The notes under the pieces are model-generated. The model made no database searches, was not told the DNA's origin, and was given only the letters and a program-made list of their open reading frames with translations. Positions 27,423-40,744 of a DNA stretch of 64,000 nucleotides are shown here, in pieces; position 1 is the first letter of the stretch; each line of letters begins with the position of its first letter. The position numbers and the translations under genes were made by a program. Source of the DNA: Carcharhinus amblyrhynchos (taxonomy: Eukaryota); assembly GCA_965287045.1 (NCBI GenBank), contig OZ336880.1, positions 10,416,001 through 10,480,000 on the forward strand, written 5' to 3'.

Positions 27423-27769
27423 GTGGTATGGTGGCACAGTAGTTCGTACTGCTGCCTCACAGCTCCAGGCACCTGGGTTCAATTCCAGTCTTAGGTGACT
27501 GACTGTATGGTGTTTCTATATTCTCCCTGAAAAAACTCTGTGTGGGTTTCCTCCGGGTGCTTCAGTTTCCTTCCGCATTCCCAAGATGTGCAGGTTCTTG
27601 GATTGACCATGCTATATTGCCCCTTAGTGTTGTAAGATTTGTATATGGATTAGCCATGGTAAATGTGTAGGGTTACAGAGATGGGGAGAGGGCCTGGGTA
27701 AGATATTCTGTCAGAGTTGGTGGGACCCGATGGGCCGAATGGTCTGTTCTGCACTGTAGGGATTCTATG
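27423..27769 (+). mobile_element. HE1-type SINE
   Basis: A-box tggcacagtag, B-box gggttcaattcc, V-domain gggtttcctccgggtgc, CR1-type tail ...ctgtagggattctatg. Confidence 0.9.
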
Positions 27770-29454
27770 CAACAACAAGCCTTCCCCATGGCCAAAGGTT
27801 TAGTTACACTTATCATCCTTAGCCAGATCACTAGGTGGTGCACTGCACCATTAAGCAGATTTATAAGATACTTCATGTGCTTGTATCCAGCTAATCACTG
27901 AAGAAACATAGAGAGGATGATTTTCCATTTGAAGGAACTTCTATAACATCTCACGATTCAGAAAATGCCTGCTGTGTTATAGAAGTTCATTTGCCAATGT
28001 AGGTTAACAGTGTAGTAAATACTTTATATCAATGAACTAAAATATTCCATTTAGACAATTATTAAAGGACAAGGGGTTAATCCAATATGTTTAGTATTGG
28101 GTGAAATTTGCTGAGTCCCACCCAATATAGAGAAAAAGGCAGGAGTTGAACTTAATTGTGTAGGAGGTCAAAATTCACATTACCAAAGGTAGGTTAAATT
28201 TTTGGTATTAAGATAGAAGAAGATTTCCAGTGGATTCACCTTCCCAGCATTAATGCGCAGTAAGTTCTTTTGCAATCATTAGCATGTCATGCACTTTCAT
28301 TAAAACCCCAATCCACCAGTATTATGTTCATGATTACAATCTTATCAGTTAAGAGCAGGAAAAATGTGCTTCAGAAACCCAATCATCTGCGAGAGGTGCG
28401 CACCAGATAAGATAGACTTCTTTCTGGATGTTCCTGTGAGTATACACTACTTTATGCTTCTTACAGAGATTTCTTCATTGCCAGACGTTGATTCCAAGGA
28501 AGTAGCCTGCCTGAGACAAAGAGCCTGCCGAAGGGAAGCAGGGAGACAAGACCATAGCTGGAAGATCATAATTGGCCAGGTGCTGTTTGCAAATACCATT
28601 TTTTTCCCTCCTGCTTAAATTTTCTGGCCCGCTGCACTACTTGAGCAGCACAGCAGGCTGGCAAAGTTGCATCCATTGACTTTCAATTGGATTTTAACAT
28701 GCTCCTAGAGTAAGTGATTTGAATTAATGGCAGACTGACTGATAGTAATGTGATCCATCACCAATAAATGCATAATTTAGGTCATGATTTATCCTTAGTT
28801 TTAATATATATTCAGGTAATCTTTATAATGTTAATGTACTAAACTAAACCTTGACAAAAAAGTATAATTTTTCAGCTGTACAGCAAATTCTTGATATTTC
28901 AAGAATGAGATCCAAACTTTTAGGGGTAATCTAGCATCTGAAATACTGTTTCACCTTCTTCCAACATTTTCACTCATGGCATGAGAACCAGGAAAAAACT
29001 AAACCATCTCCAAGCCTACTGTAGTACCACTTGCAGTTCAAGGCTAAGGTAGGAAAGAGAGAGTAACGATTTCTCAGAGTACCCAAAATTCAAGGTTGAC
29101 TGGGGATTGGGAGGTGACTTAGGAAATTAAGGCCAGTATTCCTTAACATTTGCAGGGCCTGGTGCCCCAGCACACTAAGCTTGAGACACATTTCAAAAAT
29201 GATTTTTTTTAGATTAAAATAAATAATATACTTTTATATTGCATTTTATTATACCTGGTGTCCCAAAGGATTTTTCAGCCAGTGCTGTAAATTAATTACT
29301 TTTTCAAGTTGAGTCACTGTTGTCATGTGCAGAAACCCAAAAGCCAATTTATGCACAAAGACCTACAAACAGCAATGAGAATAATTTCTCGTCTTTGATT
29401 CACGTATCATCTTCCTGTCATATGATGTGAAGTTGCACAGTTATGTTTCATTTG

Positions 29455-31920
29455 GAGTTGTTTTCACTGGAACAAATGAAGTAATGGGTGATTTGACAGA
29501 GTTGTATAAATTCTGAGAGGCTGCTGCAGATTGGATAGAAGCAAACTTTTCCTGCCAATTGCAGGGTTCTAGGAAAGGGTACATAAGTACAAGATGAAAA
29601 GTGAAATTTAGGACAAAGAGCAGCTTAAACTTATTTAGAACATAAGAACATAAGAAATAGGAGCAGGAGTAGGCCATCTAGCCCTTTGAGCCTGCCCCGC
29701 CATTCAATAAGATCATGGCTGATCTGTCGTGGCTCAGTTCCACATTCCCGCCCTCTCCCCATAACCCTTAATCCCCTCGCTTATCAAAAACCCATCAACC
29801 CGCGTCTTAAAAATATTTAGCGAGGCAGCCTCCACCACCTCAGCAGGCAGAGAATTCCAGAGATTCACCACCCTTTGAGTGAAGAAGTTCCTCCTCAACT
29901 CCGTTCTAAACCGCCGCCCCTTTATCTTGAGGCTGTGCCCCCTCGTCCTACTGTCCTTTCTGAGCGGGAAGAGTCTCTCCACCTCTATCCTATCCATCCC
30001 ATTCATCATCTTATACATCTCAATGAGATCTCCCCTCATTCTTCTAAACTCTAACGAGTACAAGCCTAGTTTATTCAGCCTCTCTTCGTAGCTCAACCCC
30101 CTCAACTCCGGTATCAGCCTGGTAAACCTCCTCTGCACTCCCTCCAAGGTCAAAATATCCTTGCGTAAGTACGGCGACCAAAACTGCACACAGTACTCCA
30201 GCTGCGGCCTCACCAATGCCCTATACAGCCGCAGCAAGACCTCCCTACTATTATATTCAATCCCCCTCGCTATGAAGGCCAGCATCCCATTAGCCTTCCT
30301 GACCACCTGCTGCACCTGCAGGCTGGGTTTTTGCGACTCATGCACAAGGACCCCGAGGTCCCTCTGCACCGTCGCCTACTGCAGTTTTTCGCCAAGTAAG
30401 TAATAGTCCTTTCTACCATTATTCCTACCAAAGTGGACCACCTCGCACTTGCCAACATTAAATTCCATTTGCCATTTCCTGGCCCATTCTCTCAGCCCAT
30501 CTAGATCCTTCTGCAGACTCTCCACACCCTCCACGCAATTTGCCGTTCCACCAATCTTGGTGTCATCAGCAAATTTCGACACCATACACTCGGTTCCCTC
30601 CTCCAGATCATCTATATAAATGGTAAATAGCTGAGGCCCCAGCACTGACCCCTGGGGCACTCCACTAGTCACCAACCGCCAATCCGAATAGCACCCATTA
30701 ACCCCCACTCCCTGCCTCCTATTTGACAACCAATCCTCTATCCACGCTAACACCCTACCCCCAACTCCATGCCCCCTTACCTTCTGCAATAACCTCTTGT
30801 GAGGTACCTTGTCAAACGCTTTCTGAAAATCAAGAAAGACCACATCCACCAGCTCTCCTCTATCCACCGCCCTAGACACATCCTCATAGAACTCCAATAA
30901 ATTTGTCAGACATGACTTCCCCTTAATGAAACCATGCTGTGTCTGCTCTATCAAGCAATTCCCCTCAAGATGCCTCGCTATTTCCTCCTTGATGACGGAT
31001 TCTAACATTTTACCTACAACAGACGTTAAACTAACCGGCCTATAATTCCCTGCCTTTTGCCTGGCACCCTTCTTAAACAATGGCGTAACATTAGCCGTTT
31101 TCCAATCTTCCAGCACTTCCCCCAGAATCCAGCGATGTTTAGAAAATAACCACCAAGGCATCCACTATCACCTCCGCCATTTCTTTCAGAACCCTCGGAT
31201 GCATTCCATCCAGTCCTGGGGACTTGTCCACAATCAGTCCCTCCAGTCTGTCGAGCACCACCTCTCTAGTAACAATAATGTCATTGAGACCCTCCAGTCC
31301 TACCGCCTTTCCATCGCTAACACCCGGCAAATTATTCACGTCTTCCTCCGTGAAGACCGAAACAAAAAAGTTATTCAAGACTTCAGCCATTTCCCCATCC
31401 CCTACCACTAAGTCCCCCCTCTCATCCTCTAAGGGTCCAACGTTCACCCTAGCCAGCCTCTTCCTTTTTATATATTTATAAAAACTCTTGCTATCCTTTT
31501 TTATATTAAGCGCTAACCCAGCTTCATAGTTTCTCCTACCCTTCTTTATCAACTTCTTTGGAAATCTTTGTTGACATTTAAACCTTTCCCAATCCTCTTC
31601 TCGCCCACTACTCTTAGCTACTCTAAACGCCTCCGCTTTTAATTTAACACTTTCCTTCACCTCCTTCGTTATCCACGGCTTATTACCTCTCCTCCTACGG
31701 TCCTTTTTAATCATCGGAATAAATTTCTGCTGAGCACCAAGAAAGATCTCCTTAAAGATCCTCCACTGCTCCTCAGCAGACCTACCTTCCAACACGCTCC
31801 CCCAGTCCACATTCGCCAATTCTTCTCTCATCCTACCGTACTCCCCTTTGTTCAAACATTGGATTATGAAGTTTTGGAATGATGCACTACTAGAATTATT
31901 GATTGAAGCAGAACCATGAG
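29455..31920 (+). mobile_element. Old CR1 3' fragment split by the younger CR1 (pieces 29455-29636 and 31860-31920)
   Basis: LFSLEQ..GDLTELYK..FRT on the left and (F)WN..IEAE on the right are consecutive parts of the CR1 ORF2 C-terminus. Confidence 0.55.
29637..31858 (-). mobile_element. Young CR1 LINE, 5'-truncated (RT region)
   Basis: ORFs 29734-30369, 30376-31161 and 31139-31855 with [10 protein letters not shown] and FADD; (cataagaa)n tail. Confidence 0.97.
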
Positions 31921-31983
31921 ATTGATTTTCTGTAGGATTATAGTAATCATCTGCCAGAGTCTTGGTGGGAAATGGAAATCAAT

Positions 31984-32098
31984 GACCTGAATTTTACTGT
32001 TCTCCCACCACAGGAATCGGAGTGGGTGAGGGGCGGACCATTGACCTTGGGTGGCATTTTATGATCTTGGGACGAGCGAGGCTATAAAATCCACCCCC
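31984..32098. mobile_element. ~115-bp MITE (family of 24-143, opposite orientation)
   Basis: gacctgaattttac / ataaaatccacccc ends; ccattgacc is the reverse complement of the family's gtcaat core. Confidence 0.55.
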
Positions 32099-33623
32099 AC
32101 CCGCACCCCCAGTGTTCAATTCTAGGTTATTCACAGATCTTTCAAAACGACTTGTAAGACTGTTGAAGGAAATGGAAAGATGATATGGAATAAAATATGG
32201 GAACAGAATGGGAAGATGGCATTAGGACCACTGTTTGTATTAATAATAATCAGCTTGGATAAAGCAGCCTGTCCTTGTGACAATTACAATGAATTTCCAT
32301 GTGTAAATTGTGTAGAAATTAATGAAAAGGCAAAATCCAGATGGATGAGATCAACCATGAAGATGTTTTTATATATTTATGTAAATATATATATATACAC
32401 ACACATCAAAAAAGCTGTGGGACAGTAATGGCCCTTGTGTTTCATTTCTGTATAATTCACTTTTTTCTTTATGATGCAGTTTTTAATCTTGTTATAATCT
32501 TAATTAGAACTGAAAGGACAAACAATTGCACAAGAGCAAACAATTCCATCCAAATAGGTCATGATTATTGTAATTAAAGGCTCTAAATTTTGGACACTTG
32601 TAATGACAGAATTATTGCGTATTTATTGGTTTTATTCATTTGGCAATGTAAAAGATTAGATTCACTCCAGTTTTACTCCAATTAAATGTTAGATCTTTCA
32701 ATGCAGTTTTACATAGGCAGTCCTGGCCACTAAATACTGGTGTAAATATAGGAATGTAAGAAAACATAGAAGAAGTAGCAGCTATTTGGCCTCCTGAACT
32801 CCCTCCTTCCAGAAAGAGTATAGAACTTATGCCATCACCGACACTACCCGATCCATTTAATTTCCTTAAAAAAGATTCTCATAAAGTTGACGTCTATGTC
32901 AACGTTATTAGAAATCCAGAAATTCCATCACTACAATTCAGCCATGCTACCCATTATAAACTACGTCCCTCCCCACCACCCCTCCCCCCACCTCCCCTCA
33001 CCATTATCACCAACCAACGTGCTTTGGTGAATACAGCTAGAAATCGAATAATAGAGCTTAAACCAGGCCATTGTACTCAAGGATTATGCTTGCAATATAA
33101 ATATACTGGATTCTAACAAAGAGTAATCTGCACAGACCAGCATAGTTGGAGGATGCATTAAAACTAGTGGAAGGCTTTGACCTGCCCCTTATTACCTTAC
33201 TAAAAATATCCAGTTATTCCCAGAAACTACTAGGATCAATTGTCTTTGTTACAATATGCTTCTGACTGCTCTGTCTTGAGTCCCACACAAGACCAGGCAG
33301 CCTGGAACATTATTAAGAGATTTGAAAAGGGCATTTCAGTATGGCCCCCAGGACAGTTTGAAGATTTGAACTGTACCATCTGCAGGATGCTGGCAAGTGT
33401 GTAATGCCATCAGAACAACTTGCACTTATGCAGTGTAGGTTTAGGCAAATAAAAATGAAAAAGTGCAATTTCAGGTCAAATTATCTGTGGTAGGAGCCGA
33501 CATTTAAAACCTCAGCGCACTTCACTGGATGACTATTGCCCTTTGATTGTTTTCATTTGACCTAAGTGTTATTTACAGCCTGATATTGCAATAAAAAAGG
33601 ATAATCTGATAGCTCAAGGCTGT

Positions 33624-33948
33624 GGATGGTACGGTGGCACAGTGGTTCGCACTGCTGCCTCATAGCGCCAGGGATCTAGGTTCAATTCTGGCCTCGGGTG
33701 ACTGTCTGGAGTTTGCACATTCTCCCCATGTCTGCATGGGTTTCCTCTGGGTGCTCCGTTTTCCTCCTACAGTCCAAAGATGTGTGGGTTAGGTTGACTG
33801 GCCATGCTAAATTGCCCCTTAATGTTGGAGTATTAGCACGGTAAATACAAAAGGTTACAGGGATATCACCTGGGTGGGACTGATGTCAGTGCAGGCTCGA
33901 AGGGCCGAATGGCCTCTTTCTGCACTGTTGGAATTCTATTATTCTATG
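33624..33948 (+). mobile_element. HE1-type SINE
   Basis: ggtggcacagtggtt A-box, ggttcaattc B-box, V-domain, tail gggccgaatggcct..attctatg. Confidence 0.92.
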
Positions 33949-34461
33949 TGATTGCCAAAAAGCAATGATATTGGTTACATAAAATCATCTATCAGAAAAG
34001 ATTGTTTACTAATGCTAATACGTAACAGAAGTTTAACTTTTATGAGTCAATGGTTATAACACAAGGATGTTTCAGTATTGAAGGGGTTAAGCAGATGGCT
34101 TTAAATAGGTTGAGTGGATAGGAAGTGTGAATTTGCAAGATTAATCACCAACTCTGCTCGGACCTGATGTTAAATGTCTCGTCGCTGATCAGATAACCCA
34201 CATATTTTTAGAAGTTGTAGTCTGAAAATGATATAAAACTGTCCAGACTGACTGAATTGTCTGAATAACACTTTCCACATACAGCATGGTAAGAATCAGA
34301 AAGATCAGAAAGGGTGGAGGAGGTTGAGAAGGAGTTATTCACAAAATAAAACATAAAGCAACGTTGATTAAGGGATGGTGTGGGCTTAAAAAATATTTTA
34401 CCAATCCCTTATCTATCTAAATTTTTTGAAAAGGCAAATGCTTTGTAAGTATAAGAGATAT

Positions 34462-34768
34462 GGGGCACCCGGTGGCACAGTGGTTAGCATTGCTCCCTCA
34501 CAGCATCAGGGACCTGGGTTCAATTCCCGGCTTCGGTCACTGTCTGTGCAAAGTCAGCACGTTCTCCCTGTGTCTGCATGGATTTCCTCTGAGTGCTTTG
34601 GTTTCCTCCTATAGTCCGAAAGATGTGCTGGTTAGGTGCATTGGCCATGCTAAATTCTCCCTCAGTGTACCCGAACAGGCACCAGTAGGTGGCGACTAGA
34701 GGATTTTCACAGTAACTTCATTGCGGTGTTAATGTAAGCCTACTTGTGACACTAATAAATAAACTTTA
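34462..34768 (+). mobile_element. HE1/V-SINE-type SINE with an alternative 3' tail
   Basis: Same head and V-domain as HE1 but tail ...gcctacttgtgacactaataaataaacttta; flanked by agata on both sides. Confidence 0.9.
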
Positions 34769-34784
34769 AGATACAGAAATTAAA

Positions 34785-35140
34785 ACACATTTATCAATCC
34801 TGTTCTCAGATTATCCCAAAATGTTTCATACTTAATTAATATTGTTGTTAAGTAGACAAAAAAAACAGGAAATGTTGCACACAGCAAAGCCCCATGAAAG
34901 AAAATGAAATCATAACCAAGTAACTTTCTTTCAGTGGCAGTTTGTTGAGTGATATATGTTGGTCAGGACCTGGAAGAACTTCATATTCTTCTTCAAATGA
35001 TGCCATGGGATATTTTTGTTCACAGAGCAGACAGACGGGGTTTCCATTTAAAATGTCATACAAAAGACAATGCCTCTGACAATGCAGAACAACCTCAATT
35101 CTACATTGAAATGTCAGCCTTTATTATGTGCTCTTGTAAA
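34785..35140 (-). mobile_element. Old Deu-domain SINE
   Basis: cttcttcaaatgatgccatgggatattt..gagcagac..aaagacaatgcctctgacaatgcag core. Confidence 0.65.
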
Positions 35141-36349
35141 AAAGCAAGTTATTAGCCCATCATGTCACTGCCTATGCTAGCTCGTCATCAAAGCAATCTA
35201 TGTTAATTCCCATCAATACTTCACCATGATTAACTAATTCCTTCGCTTTGGTAATCACTTACCGTAATTCATTCATAATGTAATAACACTTCATGTGAAA
35301 AGAGGCACAAAATTTAGTTCACCAGGACTGATGCGGCATTGCCAAGGATATGGATGCTTGAGGTGCAAATCTTGCCTGCACTTGAAGACATTAATTTAGC
35401 ACTATTTTGACATCACACAGTCCATTTGCTTATGTCAAATCAAGGTCCTAAATTTTAACAAAAAAATGTCAGTAACATTTACATTGTTTATCAATGATAA
35501 AAGAAGAATGAAGATGTGAGTGAGTCCTGTTGTAGCATCATGTAAAAAAATTAGACACACTGATTGCAGATAAAGTCACTTTTTGGAACATTTTCAACTG
35601 CAAAGTGTCTGAAATTACTCCAGTGTGTCTGGGGGTGTTTGCTGAGTTCCTGCATTTGCCAAAGTATTGTAGAAGACTTGTACACACAAAGGATGAATAA
35701 AGATGTAGTAGTGCCTCTGGATCTGCAACACGGTAGGAAGTTAGAGCAGAGACTTTGGAGAATGCAAGCTCCGTGTAATGCTCTCTTTCAAGTTGGAGTT
35801 GAAGTCCTCCATATTTCTTAACGGTAACAGTACGTTATTTGGTAGGCCAGAAATTGCACCCAGGCTCTCAGTGTGCATATCCATTCAGTACTATCTTAAA
35901 TACTATCACATCGAAGTCCTCATCTGAGTTGTCTGCAGCAGTACTCATTTGGTGTACAAGGAGATGATAAAAAAACCATCCTTTATCCCAGCCAGGTTGT
36001 AGCCTACTTTTGCCTGGTGACTCATTACATTATACATCCTAACTCTATTGTAGCATCCAAAGTAAATGCAGTGCCAGTATGAGTTGGTGAGTATGAGTTG
36101 CAGATCACATCATAGGGATTCTCCATTTATGCTGAATTAATGCCCTCTTTCTTCGTCCGGGGATGCTTATGGATAAACAAGCGATAGTTTCTTTGTGACT
36201 GAAAGCAGGAACTCAGAAAAGTTTGGTGTGATGGAAATGGGGTGGGTAGCTCAAAGTTCATGGTCCTGCAATCTATAGCTTTTGCTCATCACACTAAATA
36301 AGGGAATACTGAGAGTTGAGAAGAAACAGGAATGTGCCATTAACCTCAA

Positions 36350-37150
36350 TGTTCTCAGTGACTCAGGATGCTAACGGGCGCTGTCAAGTTGGTCCCCATG
36401 ATGCAGAGAATAATCTCCTCCATTAGGTTCAAGAGATGCAGATGTCCTTGTCAGTTCTGCTGTTCTCCCATCTATTATGTGTCACCTTGGTCTGCAAGAA
36501 AAAGGGAAGAGTGGATGTGTAGAATTATATTTAAATGATGTGCCTGCCATTGCTGAGTAGCTGGCAGATGTGTAGGCAGTGTGAGGTCAATGTGAGGGTG
36601 GCAGCCCTGGTAATTGTGGGACGGTCAGATGAAGTATCAAGATGCTGGGAATCATTATAGAAAAATTATAGAGTCACTACAGTGTAGAAGGAGGCCATTC
36701 AGCCCATCAGCCTACACTGACAACAGTCCCATCCAGGCCCTATCACCATAATCCCATGTATTTACCCAGCTTACTCCTGGCACTCAGGGTCAATTTAGCA
36801 TAGCCAATCAATCTAACACACACATCTTTGGACTGTGAGGTGGAACCTCATCTGGAGGAGCACCTGGAGGAAACCCACGCAGACATGGGGAGAATGTGCA
36901 AACTCCACTCAGATAGTCACACGAGACTGGAATTTAACCTGGGTCCCTGGCGCTGTGAGAAAGTAGTGTTGACCAGTGTGCTACCTTGCTGGGGAATGCT
37001 GCTGTGAAAGGGATGGGATGAGTTGTATTGCTCAGTATGACAGGTGAATAGGAAATGTTATGTAAAGGTGCATGCACTGATTTTCACCCCATATGACGTC
37101 ATTAAAACTTGAGACACTGTTGCCAAGTCCTCAGGTCCAGTGTCTGAAGG
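36350..37150 (-). pseudogene. Harbinger Myb/SANT gene remnant interrupted by a SINE
   Basis: Minus strand reads LRTWQQCLK..ND (~37135-37085), then acceptor ttcttgcag at 36492 followed by TKVTHNRWE..LMEEIIL. Confidence 0.55.
36652..36990 (-). mobile_element. HE1-type SINE
   Basis: Reverse complement of the 33624 copy; flanked by the near-duplicate gctgggaat / gctggggaat. Confidence 0.9.
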
Positions 37151-40100
37151 TTTAATGTTCCTGACACTATTTCATTCTAGGGAAGTCCATGAGGTTCTCC
37201 TGGTCCCCATGGAATCATGGCATCTCTCTTCATGCCCACTTTTACCACTTATGCATCCAGCACTGTATACATGACTACGGAACCCTTTTTTTACCCTGAT
37301 TTTCACTTGGCAGGAATTTGAGTTACAGCGAACATTTGTCTGGTTTTCCTTTAAGAATGACTGATCGCATGTACCATGTGGTCTGCTGTGTGTGGAGCTT
37401 GCCATCAGCACCCAGAAGCAAAAAACATCTCTGGAACTGCACCAGCTATTGCTGCTACAATCATTCTGATGAAGTGGATGCATGAATTTTGCGTGTTACC
37501 CAGTCTGATCAGACACACCATGAACTCTGCACCCAAAAATGAGGACAACCCAATTCCTATCCCATTTGCCATCTGACCTCTCTCATTAACATTGTCCTCC
37601 ACTTATTGGGTTTTTCTTTGCACATTCAAGAGTAGTTTGTTCACTTTAGTGATGAAATGTGTTGAAATTTGATTTTTCACCATTATCAGACATTGAATCA
37701 TTGTTGTAACATTTGACCTTATAGGTTTCACAATGATGCATCTGTATCACCTATGCTGGAACATATTAAACACACAAGAATGGCAGACAATCAGGCAATT
37801 CAGTTTTCAGAAAAATATTTATTTTTCCAAGTGCTTAAAGACTTAGCCTTAGATACCTATGGTACCTTTATTATGCTACAAAATGTTTTTAAGCAATTGC
37901 ACTTTGAAATGAGCTGACTGTGTTATGCAAACAAACACAATACCAAAAGTACCACAATAGCAGTTGATGAAGAATAAGATACTATATTTTTGTTGATATT
38001 GACTGAAATGAGAAAAGCATACTGCTGCTTATTCTTGGGAGAAGGTGCCTTCATATAAGATTTTCACATTCAAGAACAAATGCCACTCTAAGCCTTCTAA
38101 CCTTTTCACATGTTTAACCTCCCCCCACCCCACCACCTCCCTCCCAATACCCAGATTGGCTTGTCTCACCATCAGTAATAGAGCGATTTACTGGATGATC
38201 ATTGGACTTCCAAAACTATCAAATTGCAAGGAACCCTCTGTATGGCTGAATTCAAATGAAGCTTGAAACTGAGAATGCTTTGGGTCTCCTGATTTTGGGT
38301 GGATCCATTCACTCCTGTCCTTGGCACAACTTTAAAACCTCATTCAACCAGTGAAAATTGTAATTGGAAGTCCTACTACCTGCTTATCCTGCATGTTCAC
38401 ACCTAGGCAGATTCTTGGCCATTTTGGACAGGAATGCTGGATGCCTGTTTGTTGTCCTGCCTAACTGGCAGGGTGCCAAAATGGTTGAAAAACAATGGAG
38501 TTAAAGAAAAAGAGGGCAGTGAATGAGTTCAGAAGAATGAGCATGATTGTAATGGGGCAGTATATGGCTAGTGCTTGTGCAAGGTCATGGTATTTTGGGG
38601 CAGTGTTTGCGTATCGTCACTGTTTTATTTATGCAAGTGAACAGAACATGTATATGACAGGACCCTGGTGATAGTGATTATGCATATGATGGACAAACAG
38701 AACTTCCTGGAAACAAATCCAAGGGATGTTCAAAGTTTTCCACTTTTGGAATATAGTGGCCACTTTAAATTGCTTCAGTTTGAGTTCAGGCTTGATCATT
38801 GTTGTGCCTCGTGTCTCCAGCATAGTTTGTCTCCTGTTTGTCATCCATATGGTATCTCTGTACAAAACTACCCCCAAGCATTGAGTCAGCTTTAATATTT
38901 TTACAGATGGCACCCAATTCTAACGCTTTTACACCATCAGTGATTGCAAGTCTTTTCCTGTACTCTTTTACTCACCCCAATGATGGATGAGTTCAGCATT
39001 TTTCCAGCCCCTTGTTGAGACTGTCACTTGCCACATCTAGAATATTACCTGCTTGAATCCCTACCTCATTCTCTTCAGTGCAAAAAATTTCAACATCACC
39101 TGATAACTTGTTCAATCTCTTTGCATCCAATTTTCAAAAATGCCAGCTAATCCAGAAATTTGCATCTCTAGGTGCTCTTCACAATGTTTAACACAACTAG
39201 CTCTCTGTTCTCATCTGCCTTCTTGGCTCCTTGCATGTCATCAAGTGAGCACCAAGATTTTCATCTGCAAATTCCTTCATGGTCTTACCATATGCTTTTG
39301 AAAATAACCTTGAGCTTCCAATATCTTGGGCAGAGATACAATTCTCCTCCTTCCAACAAGATAAGGGAAACCCTGTGGAATTAAATATAATGAATCAGAG
39401 TCTGTATCAGCACCTCATCTACCCAAATAAAGAAAGGAACCCCCAGAGAGAGATGAACACCAAGCTTAGCCATCTTGAATAAACAATAGACATCTGATGT
39501 GATTTAGCCGTGTATACTTTTGCAAGAAGGATTCCAGGAACAGCATAACCTCATAAGAAAGAGGACACTTGTCTCTCAGGGAACCCAAGCCCCAAGAATG
39601 AGGACAATTTGGAAGTCCCTAAATAAGACAACCTTTAGGAGGAGGGTAACCTACTCCTCCATCCAGCTTAATGTCCAAGCAAAGAAAGACTCTTAAAAAT
39701 GCTGAAACAAAGCACTTAAACTCACACTCAGGCCCTACAGCCAACAGTATGCAACATCTCCAAGGGAACCAAGTCTTAAAAAGGAGAGTAGTCTAGAAGC
39801 TCCCAAAAGGGAGATCTCAGGGGAGGGTAATTTACTCACCCACCCAACATGCCCACCGTCTGTTCTGGATAAACACAGTTATTACTGCCCTAACCACTCA
39901 GTGATCCAAGTAAGTTTGGATCACTGACACACTAGAATAGGGGCCGACAGGCCAAGGATACTCATATCATTCTTATAAATTGAACAAAGCAAACTGCTCC
40001 TATCGTTAGGCACACCCGAGCTGCCACTTAGGCCTCGCTATCAATAAGATTCCACTCGTTTCCCCTAACAATTGGATGATATGCTCACTGTATGTTCCAT

Positions 40101-40744
40101 GACCAAGAGCCAAGTAATCAAATAACCACTGTCACTACCCCATGGCCAAGTAACTATAGAAGACCAAACCAAGAAAGACTGAATATCCATGGATTAGCTG
40201 GCCACACCTGGGCAAACAACAGTACATATTTTCCCTTACTCTCGCTACGTCAGAGGACTGCTTTTCTTGTGTAATATGATGTTTTATCCATTTCTACTTG
40301 GCAGGATTACCATGGTAAATTTAGATGTAGAAGGATGGGAGGAAGCTCAGTGTAGCATAAGCACTGGCATGGACTGGTGAAACCAAATGAACTATTCCTA
40401 TGACATATATCCATACAATTCCTCTTACAATCTGGTTTATACTACCACTTTGTAAGGGCAGTGCTTCCACAAATCAGAATCCAAACTATGATAAAAGCAT
40501 TCCACAAGCTTTCCAAATTGGAGCTGAACAACTTAGTAATTATCTGCAGTGTAGAGTCAACTTCAGATAGAAACTAAAATAATTCTACCAGCACTGCAAG
40601 CCAGTATTAATAGACCTGCATGTTCATTAGTGCTAAGGTTATGCCATAATTCTATCTGTGGGTCAAATTGTGTTAATAATTTTGTGGTGATTGTCCCTTT
40701 AAGGATCTATCAGCAGAGAATGGGTCACATGACATAGTGAACCT

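Noticed and set aside
33624-33700. tRNA genes at A/B-box motifs (also 27423, 34462, 46701)
   Set aside because: These are SINE heads continuing into SINE bodies; no complete cloverleaf seen
37172-37602. Cys-containing or hydrophobic ORFs on both strands
   Set aside because: No recognisable family or convincing splice sites, and adjacent to a decayed Harbinger remnant
40665-40670. TSD for the 40.7-45.5-kb Gypsy element
   Set aside because: Flanks (aaat or attg versus gatt) do not match convincingly
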